Assembly (NCBI GenBank): GCA_025201805.1
Contig: MU619346.1
Location: 47,365-102,745 of the forward strand
Direction of reading: 5' to 3'
Source: Parasitella parasitica NRRL 2501
Lineage: Eukaryota; Fungi; Mucoromycota
DNA: 55,381 bases
The stretch's first letter is position 1. Every line of letters starts with the position of its first letter. A model generated the notes under the pieces. It saw nothing but the letters and a program-made list of their open reading frames with translations, did no database searches and was not told the origin of the DNA. A program made the position numbers and the translations under genes. Below are positions 25,542 through 37,314 of this stretch, one piece after another.

Positions 25542-27194
25542 GCAACAGCAACAACAAGCCCAGCAAGCCCAGCAAGCGCAACAGGCACCGCCACCACCAC
25601 CGCCATCCTTGATGGACTCGAAACCTCCTGTGCACCATCCTCCCTTCCCAGCAGGACCACCTCACCCATCATCGACAGCAGCTGGACCACCCCATGGCTC
25701 TTCTGGAACACCCTATATGAACGGCGGATCCCCTCTTCCATCAAGTGCCCCACCACCACCACCTTCTTCACAACGTAAGCGGGGGTCACTCTGAGTACAC
25801 GCCATGTAAAATAACACGTTTCAATTTGTAGTTGCTTCTGCTCCTGCCAAGTCTGGGGCTGGTCCTCTTGTTAGTAATTCAGCAACATCAGAAGCTCTTG
25901 GTGACATTAATCCTGAAAGCGTGCCTGCAAATATGAAGGTGGAAGGCCAAGATTGGTTTGCATTGTAAGTATCGCAGTGATGTACGACTGCAAATGTGGA
26001 AATCACTCAAAACGTTCTGTGCGCAGATTCAACCCCAAAGCGACCCGCTATCTCAAGGTAGATCTTCTGCATACGTTCGACCATGGCAGTGTTGTCTGTT
26101 GTGTCAAATTTAGCGGTGATGGTAGATTCCTTGCCGCTGGTTGTAACCAGGCAACATATATTTACGACACAATGAATGCAGCTCGGGTTGCTGTACTGCA
26201 AGATACGAATGCAGGCCGCGATGGCGACTTGTACATTCGTTCTGTCAGCTTCAGTCCTGACGGGAAATATTTGGCTACTGGTGCCGAGGACAAGCAAATT
26301 AGAGTAAGTCCAGCAAAGCCAGGCCCAAGGGTCGATTGACTCACATGACAGCGTAGATTTGGGATATTGCAAAGAAACGCATCCGTGGCATTTTGTCTGG
26401 CCATGAGCAAGACATTTACTCTTTGGAATTTAGCCGTGATGGCCGCATCCTGGTCTCTGGGTCCGGCGATCGTACAGCACGCATCTGGGATTGGCAGACG
26501 AATCGCTGCATACATGAGCTTCGTATCAACGATGTTGAGCAACAAGATTTGGGCGTCACCAGTGTCGCCGTTTCACCTGATAGTCGTCTTGTTGCAGCAG
26601 GCAGTCTTGACAAGGTGGTGCGTGTGTGGGATGCTGTCACTGGCCAGCTTTTAGAGCGTCTAGAAGGCCACAAAGATAGCGTCTACTCTGTTGCGTTCAT
26701 GCCAGATGGAAAGACTTTGGTGAGCGGCAGCTTGGATAAAACTTTGAGGATGTGGCAGTTGGGTTCTGGAGGAAGAGGATATGGCAATGAGCGAGGCAAG
26801 AGTACATGCATTCAAGTATTCACCGGCCACAAGGTAACGTGTGCACTCGATTGTTGCGTGGTATGATTTTTTTTAACCAATCCATATGAAAATAGGATTT
26901 CGTCTTATCAGTCGCAACGACACCTGATGGTAATTGGATTGTTTCTGGATCAAAAGACCGTGGTGTGCAATTCTGGGATCCTCGCACAGGTCAAACGCAA
27001 TTTATGCTCCAGGGTCATAAGAATTCAGGTAACGTTTTGCTGCAAAAAGTGGGGTAATTTGTGTTTGTTTTGTTAACATGGCTGCTTTAGTAATCTCTGT
27101 TGCAACTAGCCCTGGTCATACACCTATGTTCGCTACTGGCTCAGGTGATAACCGTGCTCGTATCTGGAGCTATGAACCATTAGGACCAAATTAA
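24913..27194 (+). CDS. TUP1: General transcriptional corepressor Tup1
   Basis: Tup_[26 protein letters not shown]-rich linker, WD40 repeats [52 protein letters not shown]. Stop 27192-27194. Confidence 0.95.
25501..25557 (+). repeat. CAG/CAA trinucleotide repeat encoding 19 Gln in Tup1
   Basis: 57 nt of uninterrupted CAR codons. Confidence 0.9.
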
Positions 27195-28031
27195 ATTTTA
27201 TGCCTTTTTTTTACTTACGAGCTTACAATAAAATGAGAAAATTGATATAGTTATCTTTGCGGCAGACATGTTTGGGAAATGCAGTGGAAAAAGTATCTTG
27301 CGTTGTAGTGTTTTCTTTTTGATAGTATCCATTGTGCAACTTGATAGTGATATCCAAATCGGTTTTCTTTTTTTACTCCACACATTTTGTGATGCCGTGG
27401 GCGTGTCCTTTTTTTTTTTTTTCTCTCTATCAAAGCAGGCTCATATCCCCACGCTCACTTTATGTAGCATGTATGGCTTGTCGCGCCAAAAGAATGTTCT
27501 AGTGAAAAACAAAGCATGCATTATGGTAATATAGAGCATATCAGCCTACATGAGTAAATATGTATGCATCTGACAACATTAGTAAAAAAAATTCTGCATC
27601 TATAGAAATGCCATTTTATTTCATCGGTAGAACTGTACTTGTGAGAAAATTAAAAGTGTAGGCATAGATCTGAAATGGAAGCATCCTTTGATTCTCTGGA
27701 TTCAGATTTAAAAATCTGGGGAAATTGATTAAGGTTCGGGATTGGTGTGCCACATAGTAAGCCTGCTGTGTGAATTATTAAATCTAAAAATGGTGATACA
27801 AATTTTCACCATGATTATGGGCTTGTTAAAATTTAAGCTTTGTTGTTTAGGTAATCTAACACGCACATTCTGCACAGATCACATGAGCCAATTTATGCTA
27901 TCTAACATCTACACTTGGCACACTGGTAAGAAAGAAACTAGTATAAATAGCTTCTGTTTTTTGCGCTCTGCCCCTTCTTTTTTTTTTTTCTTTTTTTTTT
28001 CCTCTTCCCAACAACAACGACAAGTTGAAAA

Positions 28032-30328
28032 ATGACCGTCGAATCCTCTCCTGCTTCTGAAAAGGTATATCCTGTACCTGAGCGTCTTTTGGCTGGTGGT
28101 GATATCCCCAAGCCCTTTATCTCCAGCTTTGAGGACTACAAAGCCAAATGGGAAGAAAGTGTGCAGAACCCTACCAAATTCTTTGGCAACGTAAGTCTTT
28201 ATATTTACATGGCAATAGACGTGGATGGTTGACACGTTGTATAGCTCGCACGTGAATTGTTGACTTGGTCAAAGCCATTCGAAACTGTCACGAGCGGAAA
28301 CTTTGAACAAGGAGATGTCGCCTGGTTTTTGGAGGGCGAGCTTAATGTTGCGTTCAATTGCATTGATCGCCATGCATTAACTAACCCAGACAAGGTAAGC
28401 AGTGAATAAGGAGAGGCGGCTGAAGAAGCAAACATCTCATTGAAACAAACAGATCGCCATCATCCACGAAGGCGATGAACCAGAGAACGTCCGTAAAATC
28501 ACCTATCGCGAGTTATTACAACAAGTAAGTCGCGTTGCCAACGTGTTAAAGTCATTAGACGTTCGCAAGGGTGATAATGTTGCCATCTACATGCCAATGG
28601 TGCCTGAAGCTGTATTTGCCATGCTGGCTTGTGCTCGTATTGGTGCAGTCCACTCTGTTGTCTTTGCTGGCTTCTCCTCGGATTCGCTTCGCGATCGCAT
28701 TAACGATGCTGGTGCACGTATTGTTCTCACTGCGGATGAAGGCCGTCGTGGTGGTAAGAACATTGCTACAAAGCGCATCGTAGATGAAGCCCTGAAATCT
28801 ACTCCTACTGTTGAGCATGTTTTGGTGTTGCGTCGCACTGGTTCTGACATTCCCTTTACCGCCGGTCGTGATCTCTGGTGGCACGATGAAATGGCAAAGG
28901 CTCGCCCTTACTGTCCTTGCACCAACATGAATGCTGAAGATCCCCTCTTTTTGCTCTATACCTCAGGATCTACTGGCACTCCCAAAGGCGTTGTTCATAC
29001 TACAGGTGGCTATCTCTTGGGCGCTGCTGCCACTGTCAAATATGTGTTTGACTATCACGAAGGCGACATTCATGCCTGTATGGCAGACGTAGGATGGGTA
29101 TGTGGAGACAACTGTTTATATTTGTTTGCAGGGTTTCCTAACCCATGAGCAACTTTACATTTATAGATTACCGGCCATACCTATATTGTTTACGGCCCAC
29201 TTGCTTTGGGTGCCACTACAGTATTGTTTGAAAGTACTCCTACTTACCCTGATCCCGCCCGTTTCTGGAACCTGGTTCAAAAGCACAAGGTCACTCAGTT
29301 CTACACTGCTCCTACTGCTATTCGTGCGCTTCGTCGTCTCGGCGACAAGTGGGTTGAACAGGCCGATCTCTCGTCTCTCCGTGTTATTGGATCTGTTGGC
29401 GAGCCAATTAACCCTGAAGCATGGGAATGGTATAACGAGCAAGTCGGTAAAGGCCAATGTGCTGTCGTAGACACTTACTGGCAAACAGAGACTGGCTCCA
29501 TCATTGTCACTCCTCTGCCTGGCGCAACGGCTACCAAGCCTGGCTCTGCAACCTTCCCATTCTTTGGCATCCAGCTGGCCATTTTAGATCCTGTCACTAG
29601 CCAGGAGCTGGAAGGCAACGATGTCACCGGCGTCTTGGCCATTAAGCAACCGTGGCCCTCCATGGCTCGTTCTGTCTACAACAACCATTACAGATACCTC
29701 GACACTTACTTGAAGCCTTACAAGGGCCACTATTTTACCGGTAAAGTTCCGTTTTATATAATCATGTTTACCATTGCCTCAATTATATAATGCTGATGAC
29801 CACATGTTTCTAAATATAGGTGACGGCGCTACCAGGGACAAGGATGGCTATATTTGGATTCGTGGTCGTGTTGATGGTAACTCACAAAAGCATTGTTTGC
29901 ATAGACGTAAACATTTATAAATATTTATAGATGTCATCAATGTTTCTGGCCACAGACTTTCCACAGCTGAAATTGAGTCTGCCTTAATTTTACACCATTC
30001 TGTCGCTGAAGCTGCTGTTGTTGGTGGTGAAGATGACTTGACCGGTCAATGTATTCATGCTTATGCTACCTTGAAGCCCAATATCGACGACTCCAAGGGT
30101 CTTGAGAAGGAATTGGCGTTGCAAGTCAGAAAGGTCATTGGTCCATTTGCTACTCCCAAGAAGATTTACATTGTTAACGACCTTCCAAAGACTCGTTCTG
30201 GCAAAATTATGCGTCGTATTCTTCGCAAAATTGTTAACAAAGAACAAGATTCTTTAGGCGATATCTCAACTTTGGCAGATCCTGCTGTGGTTCCTCATCT
30301 TATTGAGCGTGTTCATGGAAACGTTTAG
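28032..30328 (+). CDS. ACS: Acetyl-CoA synthetase (acetate-CoA ligase)
   Basis: [14 protein letters not shown]-binding loop, [45 protein letters not shown]. Five introns. Confidence 0.97.
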
Positions 30329-30562
30329 ATGGAGTAATCCATCCCACTTTTGACTCCTATGATTCATCGTAGAAGAAGAAGAAAAAAATCCAAAAATATA
30401 AGAAAACTCGTTCATGTTCTTAACAGAGCATTATGCCCTGCTAAATTCAATAAAAAAAATGGTAAAGCCCTATCCCTTCTTGATTGAGGAAAGCTGTGTT
30501 TTCATTGGAGCAATCGTGAATATGATATGAGTATTTTTAAGTGCCCAACTAAAGGCAATTCT

Positions 30563-31160
30563 TTACCAAATACAAGTGCGGCCGTCATCAGAAGGTATAG
30601 AGCTGTTTATGACAACAAGGAAATTCAACACTGCTGCCAAGCTTCTGTTGCATAATCTATGGGAGAGTTCCAAACATTTTTGGTTATAAATTGTCTGTGG
30701 ATCTTTAGAAAAATTCCCCAGCTCTCCGTTTTTACACTGAGGACAAATTGATGAGGTATTGTGATTGTCAATTAAATAAACAGGAAAACTCTGCTTCACA
30801 AGCATTCTTCACATATCTTTCCCTCATATAGGCTCATGAACCCTCGCATTGCCAGCTGACCAGTACGCCTAAAAGAGGGTCAAATTTTCGTCACAGGGTT
30901 TAGACAGCCTGCTGTCCGATTGCTTTCTGCTAATAATCGATGAGAGTTTCAGCTTCTTAAAAGGAAGGACGCCTTGGTTTTGTTGAGACTGAACTTCATT
31001 GCAAGTTGATAAAGGTTCATTTGCTCTGTGCCTTACTTTATTAATAAACAAATCTTTTCGTAAGATGGAACCAGATTGAGTGCTCCAGCTACAAAAAATC
31101 TGTTCTTTATACTGATTTTATTAAAAGCTTTTTGTCTTGTCTTCTTGGATTTATCAAAAG
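30563..31160 (-). pseudogene. Decayed Fanzor1 (eukaryotic TnpB-like RuvC nuclease) C-terminal half
   Basis: Ordered motif remnants: LINPRRQD (about 31140-31160; IDPG-RD type), PFKKLKLSSIISRKQSD, WSAGNARVHEPI*GKDM*RML, FPVYLIDN-HNTSSICPQC, RLCNRSLAAVLNF. Stops, frameshifts and deletions are present. Confidence 0.78.
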
Positions 31161-31548
31161 TCCCAATCCCTCCAGTTTTAGGTACAAAGCATTTTGTTGC
31201 ACTCGTTTAGCTCTAAAAAAAATGTATTCTCTTCGTACATATAACAGATTAGTGAATCGAGTATGACATAGGTTGCAGTTCTAGCATTATTTTAAGACAA
31301 AAATTTTGATTGATTGGCACAATATACAAGCACTAGATAGTTTTCTTTCTTCTGGGCGTGTTTGCTGCGAGTACCTGAAGGCACCGCACAAAACGCTCCC
31401 ACTAGTCAGGCAGAAAAACTTGTAAAACCTACCCCCACCCCCACCCCCACTTTTTTCAAAGCATTTTTTTATAAAACCAATTCTTTATTATTTACTACCT
31501 AATTGCAAGTTTGTAGTAAGGGCTACCCCTCTTGAGTATTTACCTGCT

Positions 31549-32112
31549 TTAATTTGTTTTTCTAGTAAATATAAATGCCATGACAAACATAGCCATGGAT
31601 GTAAGAAGAAGATTGGGTACCATTGCGTTTGTTCCGCTTACTGGAAAAGCGGTGACAGATGGAGAACCACTGGGAGCATTAATGAATGTATCAGATCCAG
31701 TCCCAGTAGCGCTGAGAGTGGAGGTTGCTCGCGTAATGGTCGTAGTAGTAGGAGCAGGAGCAGGAACGCCGTAACTATAGCTGTAGCTGTAGCTATAACT
31801 GTAGCTGTAGCTGAAAGCAGGGATCGCAGGAACCCGGACCTGAGTGAGCGGATAAAAGCAATTGATTGCGCAGGAATTACCAGTATCTTTGTACAATTGA
31901 TCCAGAAAGTTTTGAGAGGTTATAGTGAAGCAATTAATTGTACCATTAGTTATATATATTGAGGGTAATAAGACACAGCTCCCGTTTACATCGGCTGTAG
32001 TCAGGCAGTATAATTGGTATTTGTTTAATCCCACTGTGGTATTCCTACAGTTATCCAAATTATTAGGAATTTGTCCTGTGTGAAGAGTGTTTTTTGCTAC
32101 TACGAAAGACAT
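31549..32112 (-). CDS. Cys-containing, Ser/Thr-rich probable GPI-anchored surface protein with a Ser-Tyr repeat
   Basis: 187-aa ORF with 6 Cys in the N-terminal half, several N-x-S/T sequons, an SYSYSY run, a P/T-rich stalk and a hydrophobic C-terminus after SGTNA. No in-frame signal peptide. Confidence 0.6.
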   Translation of the reverse strand: MSFVVAKNTLHTGQIPNNLDNCRNTTVGLNKYQLYCLTTADVNGSCVLLPSIYITNGTINCFTITSQNFLDQLYKDTGNSCAINCFYPLTQVRVPAIPAFSYSYSYSYSYSYSYGVPAPAPTTTTITRATSTLSATGTGSDTFINAPSGSPSVTAFPVSGTNAMVPNLLLTSMAMFVMAFIFTRKTN

Positions 32113-32615
32113 GGGCTATTTATTTGGGTGAAGTGAAAATGAAGAAAGCAGATCATGAGCACTGATTGCATCTTTTATTATTTATCTGAAGGAGCTACAA
32201 GCTTCGCTAAACCCACTCCACTTTGTGTCAGGCGTGAATGCCGTAATATTTGTACATGGTCAGTCTATGGGATTGCAAGACTTGGGGACCATAGACTCAA
32301 TTATTTTATAAAATAAAACATATGTATTACAAATGAACCTTTGCATATTACTTTTACTCTGATAAATTAAGGATCATGTCTTGTGGACATTGGCGCAGGA
32401 TCAAGCTGTGAAATCGAATCACCCCGACGCCCACCAGGCTTTGACCAACGTTCTTAATAGGGCTTTCTTAGAGTTGATGTTTGCTTTGCGTGGATATTAG
32501 ATAGGCATAACCCCAAAATGTATATTCACACACTGTGTATTCGAAAATATTCTGTACAATCAACACTTGTACATTTTTTGTTTGCTAGTTTTCACTTTAG
32601 TTCATTTTCCAGGTT

Positions 32616-32783
32616 ATGGCCACTACAATTATACTTTTGAAAAAGGATAGCCCCCTCTATGAAGTTGGCTATTCAACTTTTCAAAATGGTAGGCGACATA
32701 CCTTCAATGTACACCACAAGAAAATACAGCCACGAAAACAAAATGAAAAAAAAAAAAGAATGAATGTATTCATCTACAATTCC

Positions 32784-32816
<33 letters not shown>

Positions 32817-33740
32817 GATGCCTTGACAAAGCACTGCTGCATATCTTGTATTGCTACCTTTGATGTGAAAGATGATTATGCGGAACATGTTAACAATGAA
32901 CACGTTATCAGGCGATAAAATAAAAACTAAAAAAAAAAGAGACAGAGATCTTGAACTTAGCACAGATTATCGATGGAGGCTCATTTTTTTTCAAAAAGAT
33001 CATTATCGGGTGTCCTTGTCCTCTAACAGCGCAGCACTGAATATGGAAATCTACCCATCAGCCTCTTCTCTCCCTGACTTCTGAAAAGCTATGCGGCGAT
33101 ACCAATTAACTACATTGCACAAGTGTAAACCTTTAAATGCCAATATTCTTCTAAATGTTAACGCTATTCTGAATGTAAATGAAGGTTTGCCATTTTCTTT
33201 TCGTTGGGATACGCGCTCTTATCCTTTATTCATATTAGGGTTATGTTAAAGATAATCTCAGTGATGACATTGCCAGAATCCAACTTCTTCAACATTGTCA
33301 AGAATTAAAGGAGGAAAAGTGCTGTGTAATTCAAGTCTATTATTGGGTTGTACGTGTTATCTTTTTCTTTCATTGGAGAAAGGTGTGTCTTATAACATGT
33401 TATAGAATTCTTTATTTATATGGTTGCAACATGAAACCTCTTCCAGAGAACCATCTATAGCCCAATCTCATGGCGGATAACAAGAAGATGTAACAAGAAA
33501 CGACCAGACTAGGTATAAGGCTGATGTATACGAAAATTATGAATTCGCTTACTATTTTTAGGGCAAACAATGACATTTTTTGCCATGAATCTCAATTATG
33601 AGCATCTTTATACCTTTACAGAAGAAATCACTAGTCTGGAAATTCCGTTAAAAAAACCAAACCTATTAAACTTAGTTGGTCGATTTGATGATTTGATAAT
33701 GCTTTTTTACGTTCACAGCAACCTTCGCAGCCCATCCTAA
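32616..33740 (+). pseudogene. Decayed C2H2 zinc finger plus restriction-endonuclease-like (Crinkler/CR-REase-type) gene
   Basis: C2H2 pattern CISC-x12-HVNNEH (about 32840-32905); later fragments KRPD*, YKADVYENYEFAY and GQTMTFFAMNLNYEHLYTFTEEITSLEIPLKK..LVGRFDDL, separated by stops and frameshifts. Family assignment is from memory. Confidence 0.45.
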
Positions 33741-34340
33741 TGCGATATAAGCCATTTATGAATGAAAATGTCTCAATATTCTTATCTTTATCAGAGCATG
33801 AAATCAAATAGCAAACAGTGTAAGCTAGCACTCTCAGTTAGATCCTTTTGTGGTCTACAGGTCTATCCATGAAATCATAGTGGCTGACTATGCAACAATT
33901 ACTCAAAACCAGACATCGTTTCCTTTATCAAGATGCAACTTAATACCAACAAACCACGTTTAACGATCAATTACCAGGATTTCTCTGATTTAGTAACCAA
34001 GATTGAGCACTCTGTTACAAGTGCGCTTCAAAATTGCTTCAAATCCATATAAATCAAGCGTTTCTTTTCAAATTTGGGTTGACTACTGATCTAGATATAA
34101 AATGAGACTTCTCTCAAGTGATATCAAATACAATGAACACTAATGCCAACTTGGGCACTTGGGTACGCACACTGCCCTTTTATTTATTGTATTAGCTTGC
34201 GTACAAAAGAAATATCCAAAAAGTATAATATATTGAATCTTTAAACTTATTTCAAGATATCTTTACTCCCATTTTTATTGCATATGTATACGGTCGCTTG
34301 TCATTTGTTGACATAAATAATATAATAGTGTAGTGCGTGC

Positions 34341-36263
34341 TTAGGCCTTGTACAAGAGATCCAAAAATCCGGCAGCCACATCATCCACAATAGTCTTATC
34401 GGGGACACTTGCGGCAGTGCCATAAATAGCAGCTGTAGACCCGTTTCCAGTTGATGGATCGTCAATAAGACCTTGTACGCATTCCTTGAGATCCTTGACA
34501 AATGTTTGAGCACTATTGACCCAAGGCAAGGTGATAGAGATATGGAGACCTGATGGATTTTGAAGGGCGCTCAGGCTCCAACCTCGAGCAGACAGCTTGT
34601 CCCCTACATCGTATATATTAAGAGGTTCATTGGCGCCAAAAGAAAGCACAGGGCCGATAGGATCGCCCTTTACATGAAGCTGAGGAATAGAACGAACACC
34701 GGCCTCCATAATACGACGAGCACCAACAATGTCTTTACATGCCTGAAGATAGCCGTCTTCACCCATATACATGAGAGCAGACCAACAGCCAGCAATAAGT
34801 GCACCTGGACGAGATCCAGCTATACTAGGCGATGCATAAATGCCGCCAGTCCACTGAGAATAAAGGAAATACTGATATTTTCTGATCGTAGCATTGCGAT
34901 ACATGATGATAGAGGATCCCTTTGCAGCAAAACCGTACTTGTGAGTGTCACAAGAGATAGACGTTACACCATCAACACGGAAGTCAAAATCAGTTGTGGG
35001 GAAGCCTGCCTTCTCCAAGAAGGGCATGATAAAGCTACCGAGACAGCAATCGACGTGCAAGCCAATATTGTATTTTTTTGCCAGTTTACCCAATGTAACT
35101 ATATCATCGGCGATACCGTGAGGGAAATTGACAGCAGAACCAGCAATCTAGAGTCCAAGTGTTTAATGTGTGTAGGGACATTTGATCTAGGCAATATACA
35201 TACCATCACTGTGTTTTTTGTAATAGCTCTTTCCATTTTCTTCACATCTACTTTGAGAGTCATCGGATCGATTGGAACTGTGATAAGCTTAATTCTAAAG
35301 TAACTGGCAGCCTTCATGAAAGCAGCATGAATAGTATCAGGCACAACCCTATCAAATAGACTTTATAAGTACTCCCACAATACACAGGAAACCACAGCAT
35401 GGAGATACCGTACATTTCAGGATAATTGATGCCCTTCAAGTCTTTGTACATATCACGGTAGGTTTTGCAAGCCATTAGAATACTCTCTGTACCTCCGCTG
35501 GTCATGGTACCACAGCCAGTAGAGGGTGCGTTGTACATGGATAGCACCATAGCGACAGATTCTGCCTCCATTCGTCTGATGCCCGGGAAAATTTCGGGAT
35601 GTAGAGGATTGGCGACAGCAAAAATTTTGTAAGCCTCAGCAAGGATCTTTGTGAGGTCCTGACCACCATGATAAATAGAGCCAGATACTTTTCCTCCGGC
35701 CCAGTCTGCTGCCTCGATCCCTTCGAATCTTTTTTTTTTTTTTTTTTTTTTTTTGCATCATTGATCAGCACTTAATCATCCCCCCTCCCATCGAATTTGC
35801 AGTATTACTTACTTGTGTAGGCTTTGCATCACTTGCTGTTCTGTCAAGCCCTTGGAAGGTAAAGTTAAATTAGCCCCTAAACCTTCTTCCTTTTCCATCA
35901 TTGACTTTTCCATGCCGGCCAACGTAATTCCGAGTTCCTTATTGATCTTTTCTTGCACTGCAGGAAGACGACGTAATTGTTTGAATGCAACCTAATCGTT
36001 GTAATGGGCTCAGCAAATCCACATATATGCAGCCACAGTATATGTGCGTATGTATTTACCTTCAGAAGATAAGCCTTAAAGTCATGGTAGGCTCTCACAG
36101 GACCTCCAATCAAGACAGTATTGTACAATTTTGACCAATAATTCAGTAGTACCAGCACAAACACAATGTTCTTTATGTGGCCAAGATAGCGATTATCTAA
36201 AAGCTTGCTTGACAATTGGTTGAGCCGAACGAGGGATGTTGGTCTTGATGCAGCGTTGGTCAT
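34341..36263 (-). CDS. DPL1: Sphingosine-1-phosphate lyase
   Basis: N-terminal TM segment, [43 protein letters not shown] lysine [10 protein letters not shown]. Four introns. Confidence 0.96.
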
Positions 36264-36461
36264 GTCTTTGTACAATAAATGATTGAGAAAAGCAGAAGAA
36301 GTGGAAAAAATGGGTTGGCATTCTTATACAATGTATTAGACGCCCGATCATCAAAGCAAACTTTTTTTTGTTGTAAGCATATTCAGTTATTTACCTAATA
36401 AGGGTTTTTAGGCATTGCGTGTATATAATTCTCTTTCGTTTTTATTTTTATTTTATTTTTT

Positions 36462-36989
36462 TTAAAGTACATCAACATTAGAAATCCTTAATACAGTATG
36501 CGTCTGCTTGTGTTCGATCGTACGCTTGTAGTTCTTTCTTCTCTTCTTCTTTACGATCTGAATCAATTTGCTCTTTGTATGTTCAATGACAGTAGCATTG
36601 ATGTCGAACACTGTTTCGGTCACGTAGGGTGATCCCTTTAATGTATAGTCTTTAGATCCCAACTCACGGACTTTGTCCAGCTTCAGTACATCACCAACTT
36701 TGACGTCCTTCAAACGATTGACAACCACCTTATCGTTTTTGGTGATCAAATATGGCCTTCCGGCAATCTCGGCAACTGCATAGTAGCGTAATTGATCACG
36801 AAGCTTCTGGACTGTAGCGTTTGTGTCGTAGGCTGAAGTCTGGACTTGGCGAAAAGTGTCTAATTTATTTCCATGGAAACGTTAGTATTAGACCTGTCAA
36901 AGCGTTTTTTTTTTNNNNNNNNNNNNNNNNNNNNNNNNNTAATGGTTGATTTTGAATGAGCCGAGTAGAGGCTGAATCAAATGCAACAT
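36462..36989 (-). CDS. Mitochondrial ribosomal protein bL21m (yeast MrpL49-like)
   Basis: YAVAEIAGRPYLITKND, LDKVRELGSKDYTLKGSPY, KKRRKNYKRTIEHKQTHTVLRI. The 5' exon is uncertain because of the N gap at 36915-36939. Confidence 0.85.
36915..36939. other. Assembly gap (25 N)
   Basis: Run of n characters next to a T homopolymer. Confidence 1.
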
Positions 36990-37314
36990 GATGTAACTTT
37001 AGCTTCCATTATCTTTTATCCATGCAATGCCATTTACCTCTAGTGACACTGGATCCTATCCCTTTAAATAATGCAGACAGCATGTTGTATGTCAAAAGAA
37101 TACGAGCAAGAAAAAAAAAACAGGACAGGGCTGGATTAGCTTCTGGGATGGGGTGTGTTGTGGTTCAATGTGACGATGCAATTGTCAGTCCCTTTGCTGC
37201 TCAAGTTGGCACGGACATCTGCTTAACTAAAGACAGCGACTTTTGACATCGAGCTCAAAAGAGCTGGAAAAACAGCAAAGAAAGATGCCACAGGTTTAAT
37301 TCGAAAAAAATGGT

